This document shows, one piece after another, positions 1 through 10,762 of a DNA stretch of 33,551 nt (the first letter of the stretch is position 1; every line of letters begins with the position of its first letter). The position numbers and the translations under genes were made by a program. Source of the DNA: Clostridia bacterium (GTDB lineage: Bacteria; Bacillota; Clostridia; Christensenellales; UBA1242). The notes under the pieces are model-generated. The model saw nothing but the letters and a program-made list of their open reading frames with translations. It was not told where the DNA came from and did no database searches. Location: assembly GCA_900766395.1 (NCBI GenBank), contig CAAFWB010000001.1, forward strand, positions 1 through 33,551, read 5' to 3'.

Positions 1-1
1 C

Positions 2-193
2 ATTATCTTCATCACAATGACCGCTGAACAGAAAAAATGTTTTGGGTCAAACAAAAATGTTTTTTCACTTGGCGAATTGGTTGGAGACGGCGACATTTTG
101 GACCCATATGGATTTGGACAAGATGTTTATGACAAAACTGCCCAAACACTTTGGGAATATACTAATAAATTGGCACAAAACTTGAAACAATAA
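2..193 (+). CDS. C-terminal fragment of a low-molecular-weight protein (Arg/Tyr) phosphatase; the 5' end lies outside the window
   Basis: The frame-2 translation ends ...LGELVGDGDILDPYGFGQDVYDKTAQTLWEYTNKLAQNLKQ*. The D-P-Y-G motif near the C-terminus is the LMW-PTP general-acid loop. It sits immediately upstream of rpiB, as ywlE-ywlF do in Bacillus. Confidence 0.6.
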   Translation: MIFITMTAEQKKCFGSNKNVFSLGELVGDGDILDPYGFGQDVYDKTAQTLWEYTNKLAQNLKQ

Positions 194-206
194 AAGAGGG
201 GTAAAT

Positions 207-626
207 ATGATTATTCTTGCAAGCGACCACGCTGGATTTCTTCTCAAAGAAGACATAAAAAAATTTTTTAAGAAAGAGAACATCACAACCATTGATGTTG
301 GCTGCTATTCAATGGAGCCAGTGGATTATCCAGACTTTGCAAAAAGCGCAAACCAAAAAGTCTTGGAAAACGACAACAACATTGGCATCTACATTTGTGG
401 GACAGGCATTGGCATGGACATATGTGCAAACCGCAATCCAAAAATTCGTGCGGCACTTTGTCCAAACCCAACTTATGCACGTCTTGCTCGTTCTCACAAC
501 AATGCAAATGTCCTTGTTCTTGGCGGAAGGTTTACAAGAAAGAGAAAAGCAATCAAGATTATCAAGGAGTTTTTGACAACTCAATTTGACGGCGGAAGAC
601 ATCAAAAGAGAATCAAAAAATTGTAA
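207..626 (+). CDS. rpiB: Ribose-5-phosphate isomerase B (RpiB/LacA family)
   Basis: 139 aa beginning MIILASDHAGFLLKEDI, with ICGTGIGMDICANR, ANVLVLGGR and a C-terminal GGRHQKRI typical of RpiB. An AGAGGGG RBS lies upstream of the ATG. Confidence 0.9.
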   Translation: MIILASDHAGFLLKEDIKKFFKKENITTIDVGCYSMEPVDYPDFAKSANQKVLENDNNIGIYICGTGIGMDICANRNPKIRAALCPNPTYARLARSHNNANVLVLGGRFTRKRKAIKIIKEFLTTQFDGGRHQKRIKKL

Positions 627-635
627 GAGGAAAAA

Positions 636-2479
<1,844 letters not shown>

Positions 2480-2533
2480 TTACACAATCATGGTTAATTA
2501 AATTAACTAATTATCTCAAAAAGGGAGGCATAT

Positions 2534-5488
2534 ATGTCTATTGCAAGCATTGTTTCACTTGTTGTTAACATTATATTTGTTTTGATGTTGGCACTGGGAT
2601 TCTTGTTTGGATTCAAACGCGGAGTAAAAAGATCGGCACTGCGAATTGGCTTGTTCTTGGTCTTTGTCATCATTGGCGCCGTTGTTTCTCCATATATTAC
2701 TGAAGCGATATTGGGAATTAAATTCACTTGGCCAAATGGAATGAGAGACACCATTCTCAGATATTTGGAGAGTTTGGTTCGCCAAAACCCTGACATTTCA
2801 AATATGCTTACTTTTAATGCTTCTCTTTCAAGCACTCTCAGACAAACAATCATAATCGTTTGCAATTTTGCAACTTTTATTGCAGTCGCACTCATCATGG
2901 CATTTTTGAGTTGGATTTTGTTTATTATCCTTGCAAAATATGTCATTCGCGACAAAAAGAGAAAAGAAACCATTGAAGAAATCAAAAAGAACACAACAAA
3001 CACCTATGACCTCACTCCAAAACCTGAGAAAAAATATAGGATTTGTGGAAGTTTGATTGGACTTTTGCAAGGGTTTGTTTTTGCGTTTATCTTGTTTATG
3101 CCAATTTCCGGTATTGCGTCAACTGCTCAATCTGTTCTTGACACAACAACAGAAGCAACTGCGACAACAACAGTTGTCACAACTGGACTTTCTGAGAATG
3201 AAGAAAATATGGCAGAAGGAGAAACCAAACTTCCAGCAACAGTTGGAGATTACATTGTAAAAAATGTCCCTCAAGAATATTTGGATATAATAACAAAATA
3301 TCGCAAGTCCGCAGTTGGCGCGATTGCGTCAGTTGGAAATCTCGACCAAGCATGCTTTGATGCAATAACACAACTTCAAGTTCGCGGTCAAAAATTTTCG
3401 CTACGTGAAGAAATTGTCAAGGCGTGCAATTTGTATGAAAAATTCGTTTATGTTTATGAGTTTGACTATCAAAACGACAAACTGTCAAACATTGATTTTG
3501 AACGTATGGACGCGTTTGTTGATGCAGTGTTTTCATCGAATTTTGTTTATGCAATTTCTGGAGACATTGTTCCTTATGCAATTGAAGAATTCGTTGTAAA
3601 AAATGATAATCTGAAATTTGGGAACTACACGGGACTCATAAAAGGCGAAGGAGTTTATAGCGGAATTGGAGCAAGCAAACTTGCCGAGGTTCTAAGAAAA
3701 GATACAAAACAAGCAGCGGCAGAAGTCAAAGAAGATGTTTTGGGACTCTATGAAATTGCAAAACTGTTAGTTAAGTCAGGGATTGCCGATGACATCAAAG
3801 ACAACAATATCAACGTTTTGAGAATATTGGACCGCGTGACTGAACCAAAACCAGAAGGCACAATTCTCACTCAAACAATCAACAATCTCATGAAAACCAA
3901 TTCTCTCAGAATTGTTATGAATATGGGATTTAATGCAGGACTTAAAGCACTTGACGAAAACTTGCCGGCAAGCATTGGAACAATAAAATATAACGAAGAA
4001 GTTTGGGGTGGCGCCGAGACAGATGCACAAACTTTTGCAAGCAATTTAAGTCAGACCTATTCATATTTTAATTCGCTTGAAGAATCAACAAGAAACACAA
4101 TTCTAAAATTTGGTTTTGATAGTCAAATGTTTGATGCGCTCAAAAATGTTGACCTAAACAAACTTGTGTTGCCAGCAGCACGTGCTCTTGATGTCGTCAA
4201 CCGTTCCGCCGTATTTAATCAAAACCCAGACGGAAAAGATGCAGAGAACAAACACATTATGGATAGAATTGTTGACGCAGTTTATGCAAGTGATATGTTT
4301 GCAACTGCAAAAAAATATATCAAACTTGATGTTGTCAATTCACAAGAGTTTAAGTTTGAAGATAATGTTGCTGATATTGTTGGCGTTATCAACAAATTGC
4401 AAGAAAAAGATTGCATTGACATGATTTTTGCGGATAACCTTGACGTTGGACTTCTCATTTCAAAATTTGACGAAACAAAAACTCCAAATGCATTGACATT
4501 TGATGAAACGTTCGGAGTTATCATTGACAACGAACTCTTCAGACCAAGCTTTGTTTGTGTTCTCAATCTCATGAATTCAAAACTTTGTGACATTTTGGGA
4601 ACAAGCATTGTCACTCAAGATATTGCATCAGATGCAGACATTTCAGCACAAAAAGCTGATATAAAAGAGTTTTGGACAAATCTTATTCCACTTTCAAGTG
4701 AAGTGTTTAAAGAAGAAGGATTCAAACTCAAAGACCTTGATTTTGATGCGCTTGAGAACCTTATGGAAGGAATGAAACAAAATGTTTATAACATTGCAGG
4801 AAAAATAAAAGAAAATGCAGTGTTTGAAGCAACATATCTCAATCTCATCGACTATATGAAGAAAGATGTTGATTATGGAACATATTTTGCTAGTTATTAC
4901 GATAGTTATGCAAATCCATACGATGTTGATTGGCACAAACTTTTGGTTGCCGTAAAAATTGCTGACAATCTCAAATCAACTGGATCAATTTCTCCAAGCG
5001 ATTTGAACAAGGTCGCTGACATCGCTAGCACGAGCGAGGCAATCGCAGATGCAGTGAAAGACGCAGTCAAGGACAAAATCGCAGACGAAGAATTGAAAAC
5101 AAAAGTTGATTCACTCAATCTTGCGGATGAATCAACACTCAAAACCATTGAGAATGTCGCAAAAATGGCAGATTCGCTTCAAAAACTCGGTTCTGAACAA
5201 CCAACAATCGGAAAAGATGCTGAATCATTTATCAATGGTCTTAATAACCAAGCAAATCAAGATACCGTTGACACAATTATCGGAATTGTTGATAATGTTG
5301 CAAAATCTGAAATTGTTGAGAACTCAAACAAAATTTCAGAAAGTGAAAAACAAAGTATTGAGAAAACCATTGACAATGCAACAAGACTTAGTGAAGAAAC
5401 CAAAAACAAACTCAAAGAAATGTTTGGAATCAAATCTTCAACTGAACCAGACCCAACAGACCCAGTTGATCCAACACCAGAACCTTAA
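2534..5488 (+). CDS. Large (984 aa) membrane protein: N-terminal CvpA-like 4-TM domain, Thr-rich linker, ~770-aa acidic helical region, Pro/Asp-rich tail
   Basis: GGGAGG RBS. The N-terminus MSIASIVSLVVNIIFVLMLALGFLFGFKRGVKRSALRIGLFLVFVIIGAVV is typical of the CvpA (colicin V production) family. The linker reads TTTEATATTTVVTT and the C-terminus reads EPDPTDPVDPTPEP. The frame is unbroken and codon usage matches the neighbours. Confidence 0.8.
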   Translation: MSIASIVSLVVNIIFVLMLALGFLFGFKRGVKRSALRIGLFLVFVIIGAVVSPYITEAILGIKFTWPNGMRDTILRYLESLVRQNPDISNMLTFNASLSSTLRQTIIIVCNFATFIAVALIMAFLSWILFIILAKYVIRDKKRKETIEEIKKNTTNTYDLTPKPEKKYRICGSLIGLLQGFVFAFILFMPISGIASTAQSVLDTTTEATATTTVVTTGLSENEENMAEGETKLPATVGDYIVKNVPQEYLDIITKYRKSAVGAIASVGNLDQACFDAITQLQVRGQKFSLREEIVKACNLYEKFVYVYEFDYQNDKLSNIDFERMDAFVDAVFSSNFVYAISGDIVPYAIEEFVVKNDNLKFGNYTGLIKGEGVYSGIGASKLAEVLRKDTKQAAAEVKEDVLGLYEIAKLLVKSGIADDIKDNNINVLRILDRVTEPKPEGTILTQTINNLMKTNSLRIVMNMGFNAGLKALDENLPASIGTIKYNEEVWGGAETDAQTFASNLSQTYSYFNSLEESTRNTILKFGFDSQMFDALKNVDLNKLVLPAARALDVVNRSAVFNQNPDGKDAENKHIMDRIVDAVYASDMFATAKKYIKLDVVNSQEFKFEDNVADIVGVINKLQEKDCIDMIFADNLDVGLLISKFDETKTPNALTFDETFGVIIDNELFRPSFVCVLNLMNSKLCDILGTSIVTQDIASDADISAQKADIKEFWTNLIPLSSEVFKEEGFKLKDLDFDALENLMEGMKQNVYNIAGKIKENAVFEATYLNLIDYMKKDVDYGTYFASYYDSYANPYDVDWHKLLVAVKIADNLKSTGSISPSDLNKVADIASTSEAIADAVKDAVKDKIADEELKTKVDSLNLADESTLKTIENVAKMADSLQKLGSEQPTIGKDAESFINGLNNQANQDTVDTIIGIVDNVAKSEIVENSNKISESEKQSIEKTIDNATRLSEETKNKLKEMFGIKSSTEPDPTDPVDPTPEP

Positions 5489-5499
5489 GAGAGGAAAAA

Positions 5500-6429
5500 G
5501 TGGAATTTAAACACGAACCAATTTTAAAAAATGAAATAATTGAATTGCTAAACATCAAGGAAGACGGCAATTACCTTGATTGCACAATCGGCGGAGCAGG
5601 GCATAGCTCCGCCATTATTTCGCATTTAAAAAATGGTCATTTGTTTGGCATTGACAAAGATGAGGACGCACTCCGTGCTTCGCGAGAAAGATTAAAAAAT
5701 TACTCTAATTTCACTTTAATTCACGATGATTTCAAAAATATAAAAGAAATTTTTGAAAAAAACGAACTTCCAGATATGGACGGAGTGCTTATTGACCTTG
5801 GCGTGAGTTCCTATCAAATCGACAACCCAGAACGCGGCTTTAGTTTTTTGAGAGATGGACCACTCGACATGAGAATGAATCAAGAACAATCTTTTTCGGC
5901 GTTCGATGTTGTCAATTCCTATCCATATGAAAAACTTGTCAAAATATTCTTTCAATATGGCGAGGAACAAAACGCAAAAATAATTGCAAGAAAAATTGTT
6001 GAAGAAAGATTGAAAAAAACAATTTCAACCACAAAAGAACTCAACGACTTGATTGAGAGTGCTCTTCCCAAAAAACTTGTTTACAAAAGCGGTGGTTGCG
6101 CAAAAAAAGTTTTTCAGGCAATAAGAATTGAAGTCAATGGAGAACTCTTTGGACTTGAAGAAACATTACATTTTTTGATTGACCATCTAAAACCTGACGG
6201 AGTTATTTGTGTCTTGTCTTTTCATTCACTTGAAGACAGAATTGTCAAAAATGTTTTTAGGCTTGAAGCAACTGATTGCATTTGTCCACCAAAAACTCCA
6301 ATATGCATATGTGGACATAAGAAAAAAATTGAATTAATCACAAAAAAACCAATCGTTGCAAGTGAAGAAGAGCAAAGAAACAACACAAGGTCTATTTGCG
6401 CCAAACTTAGAGTTGTAAGAAAAATTTGA
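5500..6429 (+). CDS. rsmH: 16S rRNA (cytosine1402-N4)-methyltransferase RsmH/MraW
   Basis: GTG start with a GAGAGGA RBS. SAM motif DCTIGGAGHS, DLGVSSYQID, FHSLEDRIVK. It occupies the canonical first position of the dcw cluster. Confidence 0.93.
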   Translation: MEFKHEPILKNEIIELLNIKEDGNYLDCTIGGAGHSSAIISHLKNGHLFGIDKDEDALRASRERLKNYSNFTLIHDDFKNIKEIFEKNELPDMDGVLIDLGVSSYQIDNPERGFSFLRDGPLDMRMNQEQSFSAFDVVNSYPYEKLVKIFFQYGEEQNAKIIARKIVEERLKKTISTTKELNDLIESALPKKLVYKSGGCAKKVFQAIRIEVNGELFGLEETLHFLIDHLKPDGVICVLSFHSLEDRIVKNVFRLEATDCICPPKTPICICGHKKKIELITKKPIVASEEEQRNNTRSICAKLRVVRKI

Positions 6430-6430
6430 G

Positions 6431-6456
6431 AAAAGAGCAAGGGTGCTCTTTTTTTA
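6431..6456 (+). terminator. Rho-independent terminator after rsmH
   Basis: Stem AAGAGCA / TGCTCTT with loop AGGG, followed by a T-run, directly after the rsmH stop. Confidence 0.7.
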
Positions 6457-6476
6457 TTTGCAAAACAACTTGAAAA

Positions 6477-6501
6477 AGGTTGTCAAAAAGAGGTTGTCAA
6501 A
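6477..6501 (+). repeat. Direct repeat AGGTTGTCAAA x2 (14-bp period) in the promoter region of the dcw cluster
   Basis: Identical 11-mers at 6477-6487 and 6491-6501. The second copy contains the candidate -35 element. Confidence 0.6.
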
Positions 6502-6522
6502 TTGTTGTAAAAATGATATAAC
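6494..6522 (+). promoter_or_regulatory. Candidate sigma-A promoter for the ftsL-like/PBP/mur operon
   Basis: -35 TTGTCA (6494-6499), a 17-nt spacer, and an extended -10 TGaTATAAC (6514-6522). The ATG at 6534 lies only ~5 nt beyond the expected transcription start. Confidence 0.45.
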
Positions 6523-6533
6523 AATCATATATT

Positions 6534-7304
6534 ATGGAAAACACAGAAGACAAAATCCAAAATCTTCGCGATGGGCGAGTGGCGACAATGACAACTGACA
6601 CTGACGCAAGTCTTTCTGTGTCAAAAGATGAAATCAAAAAAGAAAAAGCGCCAAATGAAAACTTGCTTAAACGCATTGACGAACTCACACGTGAAAGAGT
6701 GAACGCTTTTGAAACTCAGCAAAGAAAGTTGGAAGAAGAAGAGAGACGCCAACTTGAAAAAAAACTGGAAAGTGCTCAAAAAACAGAAGTGACAGAAGTC
6801 ACTGAGGTTGCAAGCACTGGCGAGGCTGAACAAGTTGATGAAGAGAGCATTTCAATGCCAAAATACATTGGCGAAACTGAGGTGCAAGCCGAAAGCGTTG
6901 AAGAAGAGGAAGCGGAAGTTCAAAACCAAGCAGAGCAAAAGCAAAGAGTGAAAAAAGTGAAATATCGTGTGAAATTCATTTCTATTGCTGTTTGCATCGC
7001 GATTGCTTTGTTTTCGGGGCTTGCGATTCACAATGCTGTCAAAATCACACGACTTTCAAGTGAAGTGGCGGCAGCACAGCAACAAGTTGAGGTCAACACG
7101 ACTAAATACATTTATAAAATCAGCAAACTCGACGACCTTATTGAAAAAGGGAAAGAAGCACCAGCTGATAGTTTTCAAATTGGGGCAGATAGGTATCTTG
7201 AAAGTTTTCCAGAAGAGGTTGAAGACATCACAGAGGTTTCCCAAACTTCGAATTGGTTTGATAGGTTTGTTGACAAAATCAGGAAATTTTTTGGGAGAGC
7301 ATGA
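6534..7304 (+). CDS. FtsL-position bitopic protein: long acidic coiled-coil N-terminus, one TM helix, then a coiled-coil segment
   Basis: It lies between rsmH and the class B PBP, where ftsL normally sits. The TM helix is FISIAVCIAIALFSGLAIHNAV, followed by the heptad-like KITRLSSEVAAAQQQVEVNTTKYIYKISKLDDLIEK. Its stop overlaps the PBP start (ATGA). No SD precedes the 6534 ATG, so the start is uncertain. Confidence 0.55.
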   Translation: MENTEDKIQNLRDGRVATMTTDTDASLSVSKDEIKKEKAPNENLLKRIDELTRERVNAFETQQRKLEEEERRQLEKKLESAQKTEVTEVTEVASTGEAEQVDEESISMPKYIGETEVQAESVEEEEAEVQNQAEQKQRVKKVKYRVKFISIAVCIAIALFSGLAIHNAVKITRLSSEVAAAQQQVEVNTTKYIYKISKLDDLIEKGKEAPADSFQIGADRYLESFPEEVEDITEVSQTSNWFDRFVDKIRKFFGRA

Positions 7305-9232
7305 AAAAACCAAAATTCAAATTTAAAATTCAAAAAACATTTACATTATTTTCACTACGAAAGAGGATATCAGCATTAATTATTGCGATATCCTTTCTTT
7401 TTTGTGCACTGCTTATCAGACTTTCGATTGTGAGCCTTGTTGACGGGAAATGGCTGCAAGAAAAAGCGTTTAATCAATGGACGAGAGATTTGCCTATAAC
7501 TGGCGAGCGTGGAAAAATTTATGACACAAACGGGGCAACCCTTGCTGTTTCAAAAACGACATACGATGTTTATCTTCGCGGTCGTGAAGTTGATGACCCA
7601 ATCGGAGTGTCGTCATATCTATCAAATCTTTTGGGCTTGGAATTTGAAAAAGTTCATGCAAAAGCGATTGACAAAACAATTTCTGAAAGCCTTGTGAAGA
7701 TGCAGATTGACCAAGAGGTTGCTCTAAAGATTTTGAACAGCGACTACAAAGGTGTGTTTTTGTCTGAAAATATTGGAAGATATTATCCATATGGAGATTT
7801 ATTAACTCAAATTTTGGGGTTCACAACCATTGATAATGTCGGTCAAGCGGGCATTGAGCAATACTACAACAATATGCTTACAGGACTTGACGGGAAATAT
7901 TATGTTCAAAGTGATTTGCAAGGGCATCAAATTGACAACACACTTTCGTCCTACATTCCATCAGTTGCGGGAATGAACTTGCAACTAACGATTGATGTGA
8001 GCATTCAACAAGTGGTTGAAACAGTTTTGGAGCAAATTGTTCTTGACCACAAACCAAAAAGTGTGACGTGCATTGTCATGAATCCAAAAAATGGCGAACT
8101 TTTGGCGCTTGGACTCAAACCAAGTTTCAATCTCAATGACATTCCAAGAAGTGACCCAGGTCTCATGTCGACCGTCAAAAACACCGCGGTTGTTGATGTT
8201 TATGAACCTGGTTCAACTTTCAAAATTCTAACCACTGCCGCAGCACTTGAAGAGGGCAAGACAAACTTGAATGACAGATTCTATGACCCTGGATATCGAA
8301 TTGTTGACGGGCAAAAAATCAAGTGTTGGAAAACAATAGGACACGGAAGCGAGGACTTGGTTGACGGTTTCATCAATTCTTGCAACTCAGTTTTTATGGA
8401 CTTGGCACTTCGAATGGGAACAAATAATTTTTATTCATACCTCAAAAAGTTTGGAATTGGGTCAAAAACTGGCATTGACATTGCGTCAGAAAGTTCTGGA
8501 ATTTTGATGAAGCAGTCAAGTGTTAAAAATGTCGACCTTGCTCGCATTGGATTCGGTCAAGCGGTTGCTGTCACACCAATTCAAATAATAACTGCGTTTT
8601 GTGCGGCAATTAATGGTGGGGAATTGTTGCAACCATATCTCGTGAAAAGTGCGACAGATAGTCAAGGTAATGTCATTCTTGAAAACAACAAAAAAGTCAA
8701 AACGCGTGTAATTTCACAAAATACTTCAAATTTAATTAATAATTTGCTTGAAAATGTTGCAACAAAGCGAGGAAAAACAACTTTTGTTGATGGATATCGA
8801 ATTGGAGGAAAAACTGGAACCGCCCAAAAATATGAGAATGGTGTTATTGCGAGAGGCAAATATGTTTCAAGTTTCTTTGGCACATATCCCGCTGACAATC
8901 CAGAGTATGCAATGTTGCTTTTGGTTAATGAGCCAAGTGCTGGCGTGTACTATGGAAGTGTTGTTGCGGCTCCTTATGCAAAAGAAATATTCTCAGGCAT
9001 ATTCCAAGCAAAAAACATAAAATCACAAGACGAACAACAAAAACAAAAAGAATATGTTGAAATGCCAAATCTTGTTGGACTAAGTCTTGTTGAAGCTTGT
9101 GAAAAACTTGTAACAATGGGACTAAACTATGAACTTGACGGCGAGGGAGGAATGGTTGTTGCCCAGTTCCCACCAACTGGCACGGTTCTTGAAAAATATT
9201 CGACAGTTCAAATCAGTGTTGCAAATGAGTGA
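7301..9232 (+). CDS. Class B penicillin-binding protein (PBP2B/SpoVD/FtsI type) with a single C-terminal PASTA domain
   Basis: N-terminal TM, dimerisation-domain motif RGKIYDTNG, transpeptidase motifs STFK (EPGSTFKILT), SCN and KTGTA, and a C-terminal PASTA-like MPNLVGLSLVEACEKLVTMGLNYELDGEG. Confidence 0.93.
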   Translation: MKKPKFKFKIQKTFTLFSLRKRISALIIAISFLFCALLIRLSIVSLVDGKWLQEKAFNQWTRDLPITGERGKIYDTNGATLAVSKTTYDVYLRGREVDDPIGVSSYLSNLLGLEFEKVHAKAIDKTISESLVKMQIDQEVALKILNSDYKGVFLSENIGRYYPYGDLLTQILGFTTIDNVGQAGIEQYYNNMLTGLDGKYYVQSDLQGHQIDNTLSSYIPSVAGMNLQLTIDVSIQQVVETVLEQIVLDHKPKSVTCIVMNPKNGELLALGLKPSFNLNDIPRSDPGLMSTVKNTAVVDVYEPGSTFKILTTAAALEEGKTNLNDRFYDPGYRIVDGQKIKCWKTIGHGSEDLVDGFINSCNSVFMDLALRMGTNNFYSYLKKFGIGSKTGIDIASESSGILMKQSSVKNVDLARIGFGQAVAVTPIQIITAFCAAINGGELLQPYLVKSATDSQGNVILENNKKVKTRVISQNTSNLINNLLENVATKRGKTTFVDGYRIGGKTGTAQKYENGVIARGKYVSSFFGTYPADNPEYAMLLLVNEPSAGVYYGSVVAAPYAKEIFSGIFQAKNIKSQDEQQKQKEYVEMPNLVGLSLVEACEKLVTMGLNYELDGEGGMVVAQFPPTGTVLEKYSTVQISVANE

Positions 9233-9314
9233 AATTTTGCTCGTATTATGAGTTATTTTGCGAACAACAACAAAAATATTTTCCACGTGCTACACTCAAA
9301 ACAAGGAGAAAAAT

Positions 9315-10751
9315 ATGATTTCATTTGAAAAACTATTTGACGGAGTAAAAATTCAAGAAATTCAAAATCCCACGATTGACAAATTCTTTAATCATCCAAC
9401 ATTTGATTCAAACAAAGTTGAAAAAGATGACGTGTTCTTTTGCTTTGAAGGAAAGAATGTTGACGGTCATAAATTTGCTTGTGACGCAGTAAAGAATGGT
9501 GCGAAAGCGGTTGTTTGCCAGCACCCTCTCAATATTTCCGCAATGCAAATTATTGTTGAAGACACGCGAGAGGCGTTTGCTCTATGTTGCAAAAACTATT
9601 TTAACAAAGTAAGCGACAAACTCAAAATTGTTGGGGTTTCGGGAACGAATGGAAAAACAACCACAGCAACTCTAATTGCCCACATTTTAAACCATGCAGG
9701 CAAAAACGCGGCAGTAATTGGGACAAGCGGTGCTTTTTGGAATGGAAACAACATAAATTTCAATATGACAACTCCTGACCCTGATGTTTTGCATAAATTT
9801 TTTGCACAGATGCTGGAAGACGGCGTTGAATACGTTGTTATGGAAGTTTCTGCCCATGCCATTGCACTGAAGAAAATTGCGGGCATAATTTTTGAAGTTG
9901 GAGTGATGACAAACATCACAGAAGACCACTTGGATTATTTTGATACTTTTCAAAAATACGCAAAAACCAAAGTTGACTTCATGAATAGTCCATATGTTTT
10001 GAGTCGGGTTGTCAATGTTGATGATGAGATTTTGAGAAATAATATGCAAGAAAACAACCTTGCAAAAATCACATATGGAATGGATTGTCCCTCGGATTGT
10101 TTTGTGGCAGGACTTTCGATGAGTGCAAAAGGCAGTCATTTTGTTCTGAATTTCATGGATAATGTTGTGGAAATAAATTCGCCGCTTGTGGGGAAATATA
10201 ATATTGAAAACATCATGGCGGCATTTTGTGCTTGCTCCATGCTTGGTGTTCCGTTTGAAGAAACAAAGGACGCGATTGCTTCGTTTGCGGGCGTTGAAGG
10301 GCGATTTAATGTATTTTCATCAAGTCGTGGCTTTGATGTTATCATTGACTATGCACATACTCCAGACGGGTTGCAAAATGTTTTGAAAACAGCAAGCGGT
10401 CTCACAAGCGGACGCCTCATTTTGGTGTTTGGTTGTGGCGGGGGACGAGAAAGACAAAAAAGACCACAAATGGCTCGCATTGCAGAAAAATATTGTGACG
10501 ATGTGATTGTGACGTCAGACAATCCTCGATTTGAAAATCCCCAAGATATAATTGATGAAATCAAAACGGGGTTTGAAGGAAATGACCATATAGAAATTGT
10601 CGACAGATTCGAGGCAATCAAGCACGCGATGAAGATTGCTCGTCCGCATGACATTGTTCTTGTTTGTGGCAAAGGTGCCGAAGATTATATGGAAATTAAA
10701 GGAGAAAAAATTCATTTCAAAGATGCCGAAGTTGTCAAACAATTTTTATAA
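9315..10751 (+). CDS. murE: UDP-MurNAc-L-Ala-D-Glu:meso-diaminopimelate ligase MurE
   Basis: GVSGTNGKTTT P-loop, and a DNPR motif (TSDNPRFENP) characteristic of meso-DAP-adding MurE. I place the start at the ATG preceded by the AAGGAGA RBS rather than at the ORF-track start 9258. Confidence 0.92.
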   Translation: MISFEKLFDGVKIQEIQNPTIDKFFNHPTFDSNKVEKDDVFFCFEGKNVDGHKFACDAVKNGAKAVVCQHPLNISAMQIIVEDTREAFALCCKNYFNKVSDKLKIVGVSGTNGKTTTATLIAHILNHAGKNAAVIGTSGAFWNGNNINFNMTTPDPDVLHKFFAQMLEDGVEYVVMEVSAHAIALKKIAGIIFEVGVMTNITEDHLDYFDTFQKYAKTKVDFMNSPYVLSRVVNVDDEILRNNMQENNLAKITYGMDCPSDCFVAGLSMSAKGSHFVLNFMDNVVEINSPLVGKYNIENIMAAFCACSMLGVPFEETKDAIASFAGVEGRFNVFSSSRGFDVIIDYAHTPDGLQNVLKTASGLTSGRLILVFGCGGGRERQKRPQMARIAEKYCDDVIVTSDNPRFENPQDIIDEIKTGFEGNDHIEIVDRFEAIKHAMKIARPHDIVLVCGKGAEDYMEIKGEKIHFKDAEVVKQFL

Positions 10752-10762
10752 AAGGAGAAGAA

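Noticed and set aside
65-292. A 75-aa minus-strand ORF overlapping the phosphatase 3' end and the rpiB 5' end.
   Set aside because: It is antisense to two supported genes and their RBS, and it has no signals of its own.
2493-2507. The A+T-only palindrome GTTAATTAAATTAAC between gap and the CvpA-fusion gene.
   Set aside because: It cannot form a stable hairpin because the loop is 1 nt. It is low-complexity AT sequence that is likely to occur by chance in this genome.
9258-9314. The upstream non-ATG (TTG) start proposed for murE (MRTTTKIFSTCYTQNKEKN).
   Set aside because: It has no RBS. The downstream ATG at 9315 has AAGGAGA and matches typical MurE N-termini.
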